Assembly (NCBI RefSeq): GCF_009914755.1
Contig: NC_060943.1
DNA length: 64,000 nucleotides
Strand: one strand, 5' to 3'
From: the human T2T-CHM13v2.0 reference genome, Homo sapiens
The position numbers were made by a program, and so were the translations under genes. Positions 48,354 to 63,015 of this stretch are shown piece by piece; the stretch's first letter is position 1, and every line of letters starts with the position of its first letter. A model generated the notes under the pieces. It worked only from the letters and a program-made list of their open reading frames with translations, was not told the origin of the DNA and did no database searches.

Positions 48354-49105
48354 TCACTGAGAAGTAGCTTCTGGATGTGTTTTCTGGTGGCGTCTTAACA
48401 ATTTCAGCCGACTGAAGGCTCTTGGACACTTGGAACATTTGTAGGGTTTCTCTCCGGAGTGGATGCGCTGGTGCTCCTTCAGGCTCCCCCTGTAGGTGAA
48501 AACTTTCTTGCAGTCTTTACATTCGAAGGGCTTCTCCCCTGTGTGGCTTCTCTTGTGACACTTCAAGTAGGACTTCTGGGTGAACTGCTTCTGGCAGACG
48601 TCACACGTGTAGGGCCTCTCGCCAGTGTGGGTTCGCTGGTGAAATTGGAGGCTAATAAGCTGCATGAAGCGCTTCCCACAGAGATTACATTGAAAGAGTC
48701 TCTCGCCTGTGTGTGATCTCTTGTGGATGACTAGCTTGGAATTACACGTAAACCTCTTCTCGCACACGTCACATGCAAAGGGCGGCAGTGCCTTGGCTTC
48801 TTGGCCATCCGGGTGACTGACTGGGCTCGCAGGGCCTGGGGAATGAATTGAATTCATCCCAGCTTGTCCCGGGGATTCTCTGTTGCCCACAGGTGTGGCT
48901 TCTCCTTGAGGCTCTTCTTGGGAAATGGAGGAGGCATCTGGTTTGCTTCTTTTGGGACTGCTCAGATTCAGAGCGTCTCCTCTGTTCCCGCTGTGAGTCG
49001 AAGCTTCTCTCTCCACAACGCAGGCAGAAGGTGTGTCAGCATCCACATTTTCCACAGAGGCTATTTTTGGGGGGTCCTTCCCCTCCTTTGCTCTCACCAG
49101 ATCTG
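48354..49105 (-). CDS. ZSCAN5A: ZSCAN5A last coding exon, five C2H2 fingers (CAGCAG acceptor; alternative start 49102); 496 aa total
   Basis: [20 protein letters not shown]...five C2H2 fingers...HPEATSQ*; AATAAA on the minus strand at 48111-48116. Confidence 0.95.
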
Positions 49106-49369
49106 CTGGAAGAAGGGATTCCACACACACAGTTAATAAAGCGCATTTTCAATACACCAAACTCATTGCAACCAAACACTGATGTTGGCTGACAACTTCC
49201 GCTCAAGCTCAAGCCTAAGACATTGGACTGTAGGTCTCTGGAAAGTAGAGGATGGGGAGGCTTTGACAGCTGAGTGCCAACTCCCCCAGGGGATGATAAT
49301 GCTGGGCCCCCAGCCCCGCACCCCAGAAGAGAGGGACTAACCCCTGTGGATCCAAGTCTTCATACTCAC

Positions 49370-49520
49370 TGGGACTCTTTGGAAGCTGAGGCTCTGGGGA
49401 TGTCAGTCCTGGGTTCTCTTCCCTGTTTTCCTTCAGATCCTTCTCCAAGGTCTGCTTGGGTCTCAGAGACTTTGGGTCACCTGTTACGTCAATACTCTTG
49501 TGTAGCAGAAAGTCCTCTCC
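49370..49520 (-). CDS. ZSCAN5A: ZSCAN5A coding exon 3 (151 nt)
   Basis: [50 protein letters not shown]; canonical splice sites. Confidence 0.93.
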
Positions 49521-50409
49521 CTGAAGAGGAAAAACCAAGAGTAATGACTGCTGTGTCCAAACTGGTGGAAGCAGGGACACATCTGTCCCCTTCTGATTGG
49601 ATGCAACAACTCTTCTAATGACACAGGTGTGGAAATACGTGCAGACTTCCCCTGGACCACCCCATCACCCCACGTAAACATCACCATCTCATTTCTGTGT
49701 CTGTCCCTAATCTGCACCCTCCATATTCCAAATCAGCTCCTGTGCCTGGTGGTTTTCACTGTTTGGTTCTCTGAGCATATTTCTCCCCGCCGTGCCAACG
49801 TCTCCCTGCACCTGACACTGGAAGGAGCATGACTCTAGTCGAGGCCCCTCAGCTGTGGCACCACTGGCATTGGGGCTGCATCACCCTGCTGGAGGGGGCG
49901 CTCCTGTGCAGAGCAGAGACCCCACCTCCACCCTCTAGATGCTATTAACACCCCACCATCCCCTACAATGACACACAAAAGCATCTCCAGACATGGCCAT
50001 GTGTCCGGAAAGGCAGAATCACCCCAGTTGAGAAACACTCCTCAAATTAAGAAATTGACAATCTGTAGAAAATGGTTTCCTTGCTGAATTATTACATTAA
50101 ATGTCTTTGAGGAAACTGGCTACGGGGAAGGAATCTTCATTCATCTGTGCAAACTGCCTCCCTCATTTCACTGAGATCATTTCTTATGCCCCACCCTAAA
50201 TGCTAAAAGCTCTCATGGTGGAGAGAAAAGTAGATGAGGCTTCCCTCTCTGTGATGGCTCAGGAATGAATGTTTGGGGATGTATCATGTCCATGGGGAAT
50301 GGCTCTAATCTTGTCCTGTGTCAAATCTCTCAATCAGTCCAGCGGCCACACGATTTCCTCCTGTTCCTTCTCCCACCTCTGCCCAGACACCAAGGCCTCA
50401 CACACTCAC

Positions 50410-50613
50410 CTGCCTCCTGGACAATGCAGGGACCCTGGGCAGGATCTGCAGCTCTCGGTGGGCCTGGCCTTCCCCTGGACGCATCTGGTTCACCGAGGAG
50501 GCCCGTTGGCTGGACACGTCTTTCAGATCATCTCTGACACTGGAGGGGGCTTCAGCCATCTCGATATCTGAGTCCTGCACAATATATTCCTTTCCGTGGA
50601 AGGTGACCACAGA
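50410..50613 (-). CDS. ZSCAN5A: ZSCAN5A coding exon 2 (204 nt)
   Basis: [23 protein letters not shown]...LSRRQ; canonical splice sites. Confidence 0.93.
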
Positions 50614-51441
50614 CTGTAGAGAGAAAAAAGACAATCAGACTCACCATGAGAACCTGAAAGTAGCTCTCATATTCCCTGGGTCCTGCCATAATGCTCACAC
50701 TTTACTGTAATTAATGTTCAAATCTGCCTTCCCAATAGAGAGTCAGCTCTGTGGACACAGCAATCCTGTCTGAATTTTTTCCTCTCTAGACTCCAGCACC
50801 TGCCTGCGCCTGGAATATTCTAGTTAAGTACATAAACATGGGTCCTTTAGATGAAATAGTCTCTAAACCAAAGAGAAGACAAGGAGAAATATTCTGGGTG
50901 AATCCAACTCAATTGGCCGATGGCAGCTCACCTTGTATTAGAACTTAGGGGCTCATTTGGGGACCTGGGGGCAGATCCCTGCATCTGATACCAACCACTT
51001 TCCCTGCTTCAGGATGGGACTCCTGGGCCCCCCTTCAGTTCACTCTAATGCCTCCTTCCCTACATTCCATCAGGCCTAATATTTCACCAATGTCTTTCTT
51101 TCATGTTGGCCTCACACAGTGTGTGGGTCCCTGTACCCCCTCTGCCTGTCCATCTCCTACACCAGGAACTTGCCGTCTCAGCACAGCTGATATTGGAATC
51201 TGGATGATTATTTGTCATGATGGGTTGTCCTGAGCGTTAGAGAACGCTTAGCAGCGTCTCCTGTCCTCCCTGACAACAAAAACTGTCCCCAGACACTGCC
51301 ATGTGTCCCCGACGGGCAAACTCTCCTCTACTTGGAAGCCCTGACCTAGAGCAGCCCCTCGGGTCCTCTCGAGTCCAGCTGCACCGTGCAGCCCCCATCC
51401 CAGCTCCCCTTCCCTGCACCAATCACGAGGGTCCCACTCAC

Positions 51442-51825
51442 CCATTTCTTGGGTCTTCTGTTATTTCGTAGCAGGTCCTCCAGGTCTTTGCAGCTCTGCA
51501 CACCGTTCATCATGACTAAGACCTGGAGCTCCTGGGGCATGGAGATCATGAACTGCTCCATCACCAGCATGTCCAGGATCTGCTCTTTGGTGTGGAGGTC
51601 GGGCCTCAGCCACAGATGGCACAGCTCAGTGAGTTTCCTCAGAGCCTGGATGGGGTCCGACTCCTTCGGGCAGCTGAACATCCTGAAGTTCACGTGAGAA
51701 ATCTCAGGGTCCACGTCGTGATTTCCAAGTTGAGTTTCTGAGGATGCCATAGACCGTGGCAGCTCCAACCCAGGTCTGTTGCAGGATTCTCCTAGACTCC
51801 ATGAGGATGTGCAATTTGCAGCCAT
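51442..51825 (-). CDS. ZSCAN5A: ZSCAN5A first coding exon, SCAN domain (exon starts at about 51952)
   Basis: [25 protein letters not shown]...SCAN...RRPKKW|GTGAGT. Confidence 0.95.
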
Positions 51826-54800
51826 ATCTAGTGGAGAATTTTTTAATCAGTCTCTGAGAAAGCTCTTCCAGTAGCTGGTATCTAATTGATACCTATCTAC
51901 ACAGGCTTCCTCTGGTTTTCCTCAGTAATAGATTCACTGTTCATTCAGAAGTCTGGGGGGGAAAAGTATGAGCCTCATTAGTTTAAGTTACTACTCCATC
52001 CATCCCTCCCTTCGAAATCCCTCATCCTGGATGCCACTTCTTCAGCAGCATCGAATTCAGCACAGTGGAAATCTTCCAGTGTCTATACCTGACTACATAC
52101 TCTGGTTTAAAATCTTAATGACCCCTGGATTCTGATCTCTAGGAAATCACTGTGCAGAGGCTGAATCAGTTTTCCTGTCAATTGGAACAACATTGTTCTT
52201 GACTATAAATTAAATAAGATAGTTAGGTGAAGCTCTGAAAATGTGATGCAACAATAAAGTAAGCCCTTTATGTTTCCCCATCAGGACAAGATCCAAGGCA
52301 AAGCCCTTAGTCATAATTATGCAAAAGGATAGAGAAAAAGAGTTAGAATGTAATATTTTCCCCAACACATATTCTTGTTAACTCCAGAACATTTACTTGC
52401 TCCAGGGAAGGGACAGCATTAAAGGATCCTATGAGGATTAAGCACCTACACAGATATTTTGTTATTTTGGTAAAATGTACATTCATAAATTTCATCATTT
52501 TTTACTCTCTTCAAGTTCACGATTTTATGGGACTAAGACATGCACCATGTTGTACAACCATTACCACTGTTTACTTCCAGAATTATCTCATCAACCCAAA
52601 AGCAACCCCATCCCCATCAGTGATCACCCCCTGCCCACCCACCCCAGCCCCTAGCAATCACTAATCTACCTTCTGTCTCTAAGGGTTTCTGTATTCCTAA
52701 TCTCATCTCAGAAAATGGATTTAAAGTCTAGTGCTCTTTGATATTTTAAAGAAGTGGGTTGATACAATAATAAGATTTTTAAAAATTAATTCCTAAACCT
52801 AGCTTCATTAGGCAGGAGCCACTGAGTGATACTCTCCAGGCATCAATTATCGTCCAAGTTCAACAGCTATGAGAACACAGCCCTGCTTTCCTAGACACAG
52901 GTGGGGGAAGCAACCTGAAGGTCTGCAGAGGGGAGAAAAAACTGGCAGAAGGGTCTTGGGAAAAGTCACTGGTAGCCTGGAGGGCGAGTGCCCCACACTT
53001 CCTGGAAGGACTTTGAGCAAGTGCAGAACAGAGAGACAGCCAGGGAGACAATCGGCAGAGGCGGGAGACAACCCAGAGGAGGAGACAATATTTACACACC
53101 ACACATCTCACGGGGCTCCTGTGCAAAACATAAGCAACTCAAACTCCTCCAGAGCGAGAAAACACATAACCCACTAGAAGGGCTTAAGGCGCCTGTGTGG
53201 ACATCTCAGATGAAGACATGTGAATGGCCAGCAGGTCTAGGAAAAGGTGCTCATTATCACTCATCATCAGGGACATGCAAATCCAAACCACAAGGCACCC
53301 CTCACGCCTGCTAGAGTGGCTGTTCCCAAAAAGACACATGGAACGAGTGTTGGTGAGGATTTGGGGGAAAGGGGTCCTCTGCGCCCTGTGCTGGGATGTA
53401 AATTAGAGCAGCCGATATGGGAGACAGTATAGAAGCTCCTCAGAAAATTGAAAGTCCAACAACTGCATGATCCGGCAATCCCGCTCCGGGGCAGGTACAC
53501 AGAGGAAAGGAAATCAGGACGTGGACTCCAAAACAGTGAAACTCTGGAGGGATAGAGGGAGGGAGGGTTGAAAAACTACCTATTGGGTACTATCCTCATA
53601 TCCTGGGTGATGGGTAGAGTCATACCTCACACCTCAGCATCACTCAATATACTCATGCAACAAATCTGCACAGGTACCCACTGAATCTAAAACACAAGTT
53701 CAAATTACAAAAAAAAATTTAAAAAGAAGTAAATAACATAAATAATAATTAAAAACCCAGTGGAACTCATAGTAGTAGTGAGTAGAATAGTTACCAGGGC
53801 TGGGGTAGGGGTTGGGAAGATATAGGTCAAAGAGTACAAATTTCAATTGAAGAAATCAATTCAAAAGAGCAATTGTCCAACATGGTGACTTCAGTTCATA
53901 ACAATGTATTGTATACTTGGAAACTGCTTAAAAAAAATTAGATTTCAAGTATTCTCAAAACCAAAAATGGTTAGTACATGAGGTAGGGCATATGAATATT
54001 AGCTCAATTTAGCCATTTAACAATGTTTGTAATACTACAAAGCATATTATGCTATATGCCATAAATATATACAATTTTTAGTTTTCAATTAGAAGCAAAT
54101 TAATTTTTATTGAAAAAGCACACAGATATGATAGAGAAAAGGGAGCCTGAAATTCTGGAATTAAAAGTGGTTTTGCCAGAGGGCGCCTGCTGCTGCTCAG
54201 GAGGCAGAGGCGGAGGTGGGAGGATCACTTGAGCCCAAGTGTTTGATAACAGCCTGGGCAACATAGTGAGATCCTGTCTCTAAAAAAGAAAGTGGTTTCA
54301 TGTTCCTAGAAATCACTTTGTATTTGATCTTAGTTCATTCCCCGTTAAAGTAAGAAACAAGACACAGGAAAAAATAAAGGCAGACACAGGAGTTAGTATT
54401 CAATTCTGGGAGTATATACCACACGGGTCACCCAGGTAGGGACACTTAGCTCAGATTCTCATTGGCCTAGTAGGTTGATGCTCATTCATCAATGATTTGA
54501 TTTCACCCTGTGCAAAGGGAAAATCCAGCAATGCTTTTTAAAAAGGGTGTGTGGCAGGCAAAGTGGCTCAGGCCTGTAATTCTAACAGGTTGGAAGACCG
54601 ACATGGGAACATGCTAGAGCCCAGGAGTTCAGGACCAGCCTGAGCAATATACCGAGACCCCATCTCTGCAAAAAAAAAATTAAAAATTTATCCAGTCGTT
54701 GTGGCATATGCCTGTAGTCCCAGCTACTCGGGAGGCGGAGGCGGGCGGATCGCTTGAGCCCAGGAATTCCAGGCTAGTCTGGAATTCAAGCGAGACCCTG

Positions 54801-55030
54801 TCTCTAAAATAAAATAAAATATAACCTAAGCTTGATGAGAAAGTTAGTATTATTCCTAGTTTACAGAAGCGTTACATAACGAGTCAGAGTTAATCATGGG
54901 GTGCAAAGGAGACCCGCTGCCTTCACAAAGTCTCCGAGAAAACGCACGAAAAAATAAACCCAAACTTTCTGAAACCAACCCCCGACATGCCAGCTCCTAA
55001 ACCCGACAGACATCCCCGCTGGACACTCAC

Positions 55031-55215
55031 CTCCTTCCCGGCTTCTGCCTCCGACCTTCTCGGTCTGGGATGCGCTCTCCAACCGGCCTGGAGCTGAACT
55101 GCGTCTATTTATGGAGAAGCGGGACTCCAGGCCGCGTTTCCGGTTCCCTGCGCCGCCCCGTGATTGGTTTAGGGCCATAGAGTCCATTTTACGTAATCGG
55201 CGTTGATTATGGTTC
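55031..55215 (-). promoter_or_regulatory. ZSCAN5A: ZSCAN5A proximal promoter and non-coding exon (donor after 55031; CATAAATA 55106-55113; CCAAT 55163-55167)
   Basis: Almost identical to the ZSCAN5B promoter at 24513-24700; further upstream first exons may lie outside the window. Confidence 0.75.
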
Positions 55216-55480
55216 CCACTGAAACCCCACCCACAGGAAATTAATGTACTAAACATGCCTACTGTGCAAATATTTCCCGCTCTACTGAGTTGTCATACTG
55301 CTGAAGTATTTGGTGGCCTCAGAAAATATAGATTTGCGAGTTTTAACCATTTTGGGTCCCCTCATGCCACAGACAGTAATATCCTAACAAGTAAAGAACA
55401 TGTTAAGAGCTGGTGGATTAGTATCAAACCAGTGATTTGATCTAGTTTGAGCAAAGCTCTCACATATGAATGTCAAGATA

Positions 55481-55594
55481 CTGAAAAAAAGAGACAGTCT
55501 TTGTTGATACATAATGAATATTGGTGATAATTTTTTACTGAAAAAAAGAGACAGTCTTTGTTGATACATAATGAATATTGGTGATAATTTTTTA
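55481..55594. repeat. Perfect 57-bp tandem duplication
   Basis: CTGAAAAAAAGAGACAGTCTTTGTTGATACATAATGAATATTGGTGATAATTTTTTA occurs twice. Confidence 0.92.
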
Positions 55595-57393
55595 TTTTTT
55601 AAAAAGAATATTGGAGTTGACATGGGAAAGCTTTGTTTGAACTAGACTAAATCAGTGGTTTGATATCAGCCAACCTACCCTTATATAAAAACAGTGGGAA
55701 CCAGAGAAAGGCACATGGTCCCCACTCTGCATTCATTCCAGGACGGTGATAGGGTGGTTTATAGATACACTGAGGGTCCTACGGGGTTCCCTAGTTCTCA
55801 GCCCCCCTCAGTTAGGGCTCTCAAGCACGAAAAGCCTTAACGGTGGGTGTGAATTTTACTGTGTGGATCATGGAGTTAATGTGGAATGATAATTAAGTGC
55901 TAGGCAGGATTAGATTACAATTTGGGAAGTTCACACCATCAGTTGGATGACACTAATCCATTCAAGTAGTGACTCATTCATTTTAATTTCAGAGGAAACC
56001 TTCTCGTCTAACCTTTAGGACAAATTGGAGGGCTGTTAATTTTACACTGATTCTGGTTTAAATCCTTGGAAAATCTTAAGCCGCTTCACTCTGGGAACTT
56101 CAAACTTCTTGGGAGTAGAACTTTCCTGATGTGTTGTTTTGAAGATGAAGTAAGACTATGTCAGTAAAGTGCTCAATACAAGGTTCATTTTGCCAAGAAA
56201 TTGTAACAATTATTTTCTGAGGCATGTTCTCATACTTTGTTACATTTTTTCTTGTTTACCACTGAGGTGTTGACTCTAACTCAACTCTAACAAATGAGTT
56301 AGAGTTAAGAATGGAATTATTCACTGGAATTAACTGGGAGCTGCCTAAGCCACTCTCTGGCTACCCAATTCCCGATTCCCCTAAATCCTCCCCTCTGTAA
56401 ACTCATAGTCTTATTTCTGTGAAGCTGCCGTTGGTATTTTGGAAGAGACCGCATCGAATCTGCTGATGTCTATTAATAGTATGGTCTTTTTCACATTCTA
56501 TGAACATGGCTTTCCATTTTTGGTGGTCTTTTTTGTTTTTTTTCATTAGCACTTAATAGTTTTTCTTGTGGAAATCTTTCACCTCCCTGGTTAAATTTAT
56601 TACCAGGTTTTTAGGGGTTCTTTTGCTATTGTAAATGGGATTGCTTTCTTGGTTTTTGTTCCACTAGCTTGTTGGTGTATAAAAACACTACTGATTTTTG
56701 CATGTTGACTTCGTATCCTGTAGTTTTACTGAATTCCTTTATCAGTTCTGTTTTACTGGTGGAGGTTTCAGGTGTTTTTATAGATGATAACATGTTGTTT
56801 GCAAAGAGAGACAATTCGACTTCCTCCTTCTGAATTTGGATGCCCTTTATTCCTTGCTCTGGCTAAGACTTTCCCAACACATTATTATTATATTATTATT
56901 ATTATTTTGAGACAAAGTGTCGCTCTGTCACCCAGGCTCACTGCAACCTCTGCCTCTTGGGTTCGAGCAATTATTTGCCTCAGCCTCCCAAGTAGCTGGG
57001 ATTTCAGGCACACGCCACCATGCCCGGTGAATTTTTCTATACTTAATAGAAATGGGGTTTTACCATCTTGCCCAGGCTGGTCTTGAACTCCTGACCTCGT
57101 GATCCACCCGCCTCGGCCTCCCAAAGTGCCGGGATTACAGGCATGAGCCACCATACCCGGCCCCAACATATTATTATTAACAAAGGTCACCAGGGTGAAG
57201 TTTGGAAACAGGTATACGTTGTGATGCAATCGTCAGAACCAAGCTAGTTAACATCTCCATCACCTCACATAGATACCATGTTCTTTCCTTCTTATTAGTT
57301 ATTTAACTCTTGGGCTCAAGCAATCCTGCTTCAGCCTCCCTAGCAGCTGGGGTTACAGGCACGAGCCACATCTGGCTTTCTTTTTATTTCTTG

Positions 57394-57397
<4 letters not shown>

Positions 57398-57435
<38 letters not shown>
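57398..57435. repeat. (TG)n microsatellite
   Basis: Direct reading. Confidence 0.95.
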
Positions 57436-57436
<1 letters not shown>

Positions 57437-57483
57437 GGAAACATTTAAGATACACCCTCTGAGCAAATTTCAAGTATACAGTA

Positions 57484-57780
57484 CAGATGCTCCTCGACTT
57501 ACAATGAAGTTACATCCTGATAAACCCTATTGTGAATGTAAAATATAGAAAATAAAAATGCATTTACTATTAGGTCACTTACTGAACATCAGCACTTAGC
57601 CTAGCCTACCTTCGACGTGCTCAGAACATTTACATTCCCCTGCAGTCAGGCAAAATCATTCACAGGAAACCTATTTTATAATAGAGCACTGAATATCTCA
57701 TGTCGTTTATTGAACATTGTACTGAAAGTGACAATCAGAATGGTGTGTGAATATTCCTCAGTAACGTACACAGCTGAAAG
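57484..57780 (+). mobile_element. TcMar-Tigger non-autonomous DNA transposon (MER47A-like), truncated; inverted paralog at about 63320-63610
   Basis: TA|CAGATGCTCCTCGACTTAC...CCTAGCCTACCTT...CCTATTTTATAAT matches the recalled MER47A consensus. Confidence 0.7.
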
Positions 57781-57846
57781 CAGAACTTTGAGATCAGACT
57801 GGCAACATGGCAAAACCCAGTCTCTACAAAAAAACACGAAAGTTCA

Positions 57847-58047
<201 letters not shown>

Positions 58048-59338
58048 TCACTCATATGTCAAATTATTAGATTTAGCATTGCACATTGTATATATGTATC
58101 AAAACATTATGTTGTACACCAAAAATGTGTATGTACCATTTTTATTTGTAAATTTATAAAGTTAATAATAATAATGACAAAAAGAAAATAATGCCTTCTC
58201 TAAGAATGCGTGACCAACCACCATCCTTCCCTCATGGGAATGTGGAGTTTCCCTTGTCTTGGATGCCTAACAGACCTGTCAATCACCACACATCCCAGAC
58301 CTACCACATCTTTCCCCACCTCACGTAAAGGTGGCTCCAGCCCCCTTGATGTGCAATCCACAAGATTTGTGGGGTTATCCTTGATTCCTGCATTTCCCTC
58401 ACATGACACACTCAGTCTCTCAACAAATCCTATACCTTAATTAATGTGTTTATTGACATGAATTTCACGTGACATAAAATTAACTGTTTTATCTGTACAG
58501 TTTAGCGGCATTTGGTGCATTTACACTGCTGTGCAGCAGCTCCTCTAGCAGGTTCCTGTGCCTGCATGTCCAGAGTCCAAGTTCTGACATTTGTACATAC
58601 TCATGAAGTCATTGCCGTCATCAAGAAGCTGAACATCCCCACCATCCTCCAACGCTTCCCCAGGCTCTTCATCATCTGTCCCTCCCACAGCTCCATCCCT
58701 GGACAACCACTGGTGTTCTCTGTGTCATTACAGATCACGGACAGAATTTTCTTTTTTCTTTCTTTTTTTCTTTTCTTTTTTTTTTTTTTTTTTTGAGACA
58801 GTGTCTTGCTCTGTTGCCCAGGCTGCAGTGCAGTGGTATGATCACGGCTCACTGCAGCCTCAACTTCTCAGCCTTAAGTGAACCTCCTACCTCAGCCCCC
58901 CCAGGTGGCTGGGACCACTATGTCCGGCTAATTTTTTCTACTTTTTGTAGAGATGGGTCTCACTACATTGCCTAGGCTGATCTTGAACTCCTGGGCTCAA
59001 GCAATCCACCTGCTTTTGCCTCCCAAAGTGCTGAGATTACATGTGTCAGCCACTGTGCCCAGCCTAGTAATAGAATTTTCTAGAATTTTATATTGATAGA
59101 ATCATACCAGATGCACTTTTTTTCTGGCTGTCCCCTTTCACCTTCGTAACTATTTTGAGATTCATCCATGTTCTTGGGTGTTATCAATGATTTCTTTTTA
59201 CTGCTGAGTAGTATTCCAAACTTTATTAAATTGGGCCCTTTGGATATGAGTTATTTATTTTATATCAACTGTACCTCAATAAGACCATGAAAAAAAAAGA
59301 GGATTCTCTTAAAACTTGAAAACAAGTTCAGAATCTGA

Positions 59339-59737
<399 letters not shown>

Positions 59738-61224
59738 TAGGATTACAGGCATCAGCCATCATGTCTGACTATATGGGCTTATTTCCAAGACTTTATTCCA
59801 AAAAAAATGTTAAACAGAAGTCAGAAAGCTACTCTATGAAGGCAGAGGCATTCGTTGGAGCTCTGAGTGATGTACCTGCAATGTCTAGATTCTAATTTTA
59901 GGAGTTGGCAGTGTCAACCCAATTCTGTCTCAACACTATTCAATGACTCAAATAATGGCAGCTCCACCTACTAGTACAATGGGTCAAGTTTTTACATTTC
60001 ACATGTGCCTACAGGATGGGGCCTGGCAGGCTTGAGATGAGACTTCTGCTTGTTTCTATTTAGCTTCAGACTGTTGAGAAAGTCAGGTCATGGCATTCAT
60101 TTAGTCCAAACATCATTGTCTATAAAAACGGTGTCCACGTTTTGTCTTTGAAATGGTCCCCGCCCTCCGCTCGTTATCGTGTTGAGAATGAAATGAGAGG
60201 ACATGCTTGGCACCTGGAGATGATTGGATATTACAGCTGTGCACCATAAGGGCAAATGGTTCCATTGTTTGATGAGCCATCCTGGCGGTGGGTGGATCAT
60301 TCACTTCTAAACAGATAAGGAATGGCTAGAAAGTTCTTGTACCAAACCAACTTGAAGCAACCTCACCCACACCGAATCCTATACTTTTCTATGAAATCAC
60401 CTTTTTTTTTTTTTTGGAGATCTCCAACTTTTTTTCACAGCTGCTTAAAAAAAAATACTACTGTTCACCCCAGACTTTCTTTTGATACACTAAGTAAACA
60501 AAACAGATTTTTTTTTTTTGCCATAAATATCAGCAGACACTTCCTGGCACCCCACACTGTATCAGCATGTGTGTTAACAGTCCCAGTTCAGATGTGCAGT
60601 GTTTCAAGTGGATGCACTGTAACAAGGATGCAAATGCGGAGCCACCCTCAGAATAACATTCAGTCATGGGGTTGCCCTTCCAAGCTGGCAGAAAAGGAAC
60701 CCGGGCCAGGCACCGTGAGCACGCACAGTAACTCACGCCTGTAATCCCAGCACTCTAGAAGGCTGAGGCAGGAGGATTTCTTGAGACCAGGAATTTGAGA
60801 CCAGCCTGGGCAACATAGTGAGACCCAACTCTACAAATAAGAGATTGTGTGTCCGGAGGCTGAACTCACAAAGATTTCAGAATGTCAGTAGGAGAGGAGG
60901 TGTGTGGGATAGCAGCCAATTCCTCAGTGAATGAGGCAGAGAAATTGGTAAAAAGAAGGAAAGTGAAAACAAGAAGCATGTTCCCATCTTCAAGGTCTTC
61001 CTGGTTCACAAAGTGGGAAGGAAGAAACTACTGAAGAGGAAAGAGTTCTCTTGAAGAGTACAGAATTCCTGGGCTCCCCGGTTCAGGTCATAAAAAGAAA
61101 AGAGAAAACGTTTGCAGCCATGCAGGGTGAACAAGCTCTGAAGATATATTATACGGACTAGGGGTTGTAATCAATGTTAGGGACCATCCCCTACTTCTGA
61201 TGGCTCTGAGGCAGGAGAATAGGG

Positions 61225-61707
61225 TGAGGGAAGAGAGAGACCCTCTCATATTGTTTTATATTGTTTTATACTCAATACCTGTTTTAAAAAAAAAACAACA
61301 AGGAAGTAAAACCAAAGACAGGCAGCCCGGCGCCAGGCCCGAAACCAGGCCTGGGCCTGCCTGGCCTAAACCCAGTAGTTAAAAATCAACTGATAACTTA
61401 AAAACCGATGTTATTCATAGATTCCAGACATTGTATAGAACAACATTGTGAAACTCCCTGCCCTGTTCTGTTTCTCTCTGACCACCGGTGCATGCAGCCC
61501 CTGTCACGTACCCCTTGCTTGCTCAAATCAATCACAACCCTTTCATGTGAAATCCTTAGAGTTGTGAGCCCTTAAAAGGGACAGGAATTGCTCACTCGGG
61601 GAGCTCGGATTTCAAGGCAGTAGCTTGCCAATGCTCCCAGCTGAATAAAGCCCTTCCTTCTACAACTCGGTGTCTGAGAGGTTTCGTCTGCGGCTCGTCC
61701 TACTACA
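61225..61707 (+). mobile_element. LTR2B-like (HERV-E family) solo LTR
   Basis: TGAGGGAAGAGAGAGACCCTCTCATATTG...GGCTCGTCCTACTACA; TSD AGGG at 61221-61224 and 61708-61711; TATA-like CTTAAAA and AATAAA present. Confidence 0.85.
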
Positions 61708-61824
61708 AGGGAATTAGGGTAACCAGGGGTTAAGGTAGAAGCAAAAGAACCGCACTTGCAGCCAGTTCTAGGCAAGATTAGGCAGCACACAGGCCACATC
61801 CTCACTCCTGTGATAACGAGACAG

Positions 61825-63015
61825 AAGCCTCCACTCCAGCCTCTGATGGACGGTGGGCCAAGCCTCCACTCCAGCCTCTGATTGACCGTGGGCCAAGCCT
61901 CCACTCCAGCCTCTGATGGACGGTGGGCCAAGTCTCCATTCCAGCCTCTGATGGACGGTGGGCCAAGCCTCCACTCCAGCCTCTGATGGACGGTGGGCCA
62001 AGCCTCCATTCCAGCCTCTGATGGACGGTGGGCCAAGCCTCCATTCCAGCCTCTGATGGACGGTGGGCCAAGTCTCCACTCCAGCCTCTGATGGACGGTG
62101 GGCCAAGTCTCCACTCCAGCCTCTGATTGACCGTGGGCCAAGTCTCCACTCCAGCCTCTGATGGACGGTGGGCCAAGCCTCCACTCCAGCCTCTGACTGA
62201 CCGTGGGCCAAGCCTCCACTCCAACCTCTGATGGACGGTGGGCCAAGCCTCCACTCCAACCTCTGATGGACGGTGGGCCAAGCCTCCACTCCAGCCTCTG
62301 ATGGACGGTGGGCCAAGTCTCCACTCCAGCCTCTGATGGACGGTGGGCCAAGCCTCCACTCCAGCCTCTGATGGACGGTGGGCCAAGCCTCCACTCCAGC
62401 CTCTGATGGACGGTGGGCCAAGCCTCCACTCCAGCCTCTGATTGACCGTGGGCCAAGCCTCCACTCCAACCTCTGATGGACGGTGGGCCAAGCCTCCACT
62501 CCAACCTCTGATGGACGGTGGGCCAAGCCTCCACTCCAGCCTCTGATGGACGGTGGGCCAAGCCTCCATTCCAGCCTCTGATTGACCGTGGGCCAAGCCT
62601 CCACTCCAGCCTCTGATGGACGGTGGGCCAAGCCTCCATTCCAGCCTCTGATGGACGGTGGGCCAAGTCTCCACTCCAGCCTCTGATGGACGGTGGGCCA
62701 AGCCTCCATTCCAGCCTCTGATGGACGGTGGGCCACGCCTCCACTCCAACCTCTGATTGACCGTGGGCCAAGCCTCCACTCCAGCCTCTGATGGACGGTG
62801 GGCCAAGCCTCCATTCCAGCCTCTGATGGACGGTGGGCCAAGCCTCCACTCCAACCTCTGATGGACCGTGGGCCAAGCCTCCACTCCAGCCTCTGATGGA
62901 CGGTGGGCCAAGTCTCCACTCCAGCCTCTGATGGATGGTGGGCCAAGCCTCCACTCCAGCCTCTGACGGACGGTGGGCCAAGTCTGCACGTCAGCCTCTG
63001 ACTGGTCGCAGGTCA
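61825..63015 (+). repeat. 35-bp minisatellite, 33 full copies plus 1 degenerate (AAGCCTCCACTCCAGCCTCTGATGGACGGTGGGCC)
   Basis: Exact 35-bp periodicity over 61825-62979 with interspersed variant units. Confidence 0.97.

Noticed and set aside
61825-63015. CRISPR-like array (35-bp repeats)
   Set aside because: Repeats are contiguous with no unique spacers and no cas genes; eukaryotic minisatellite
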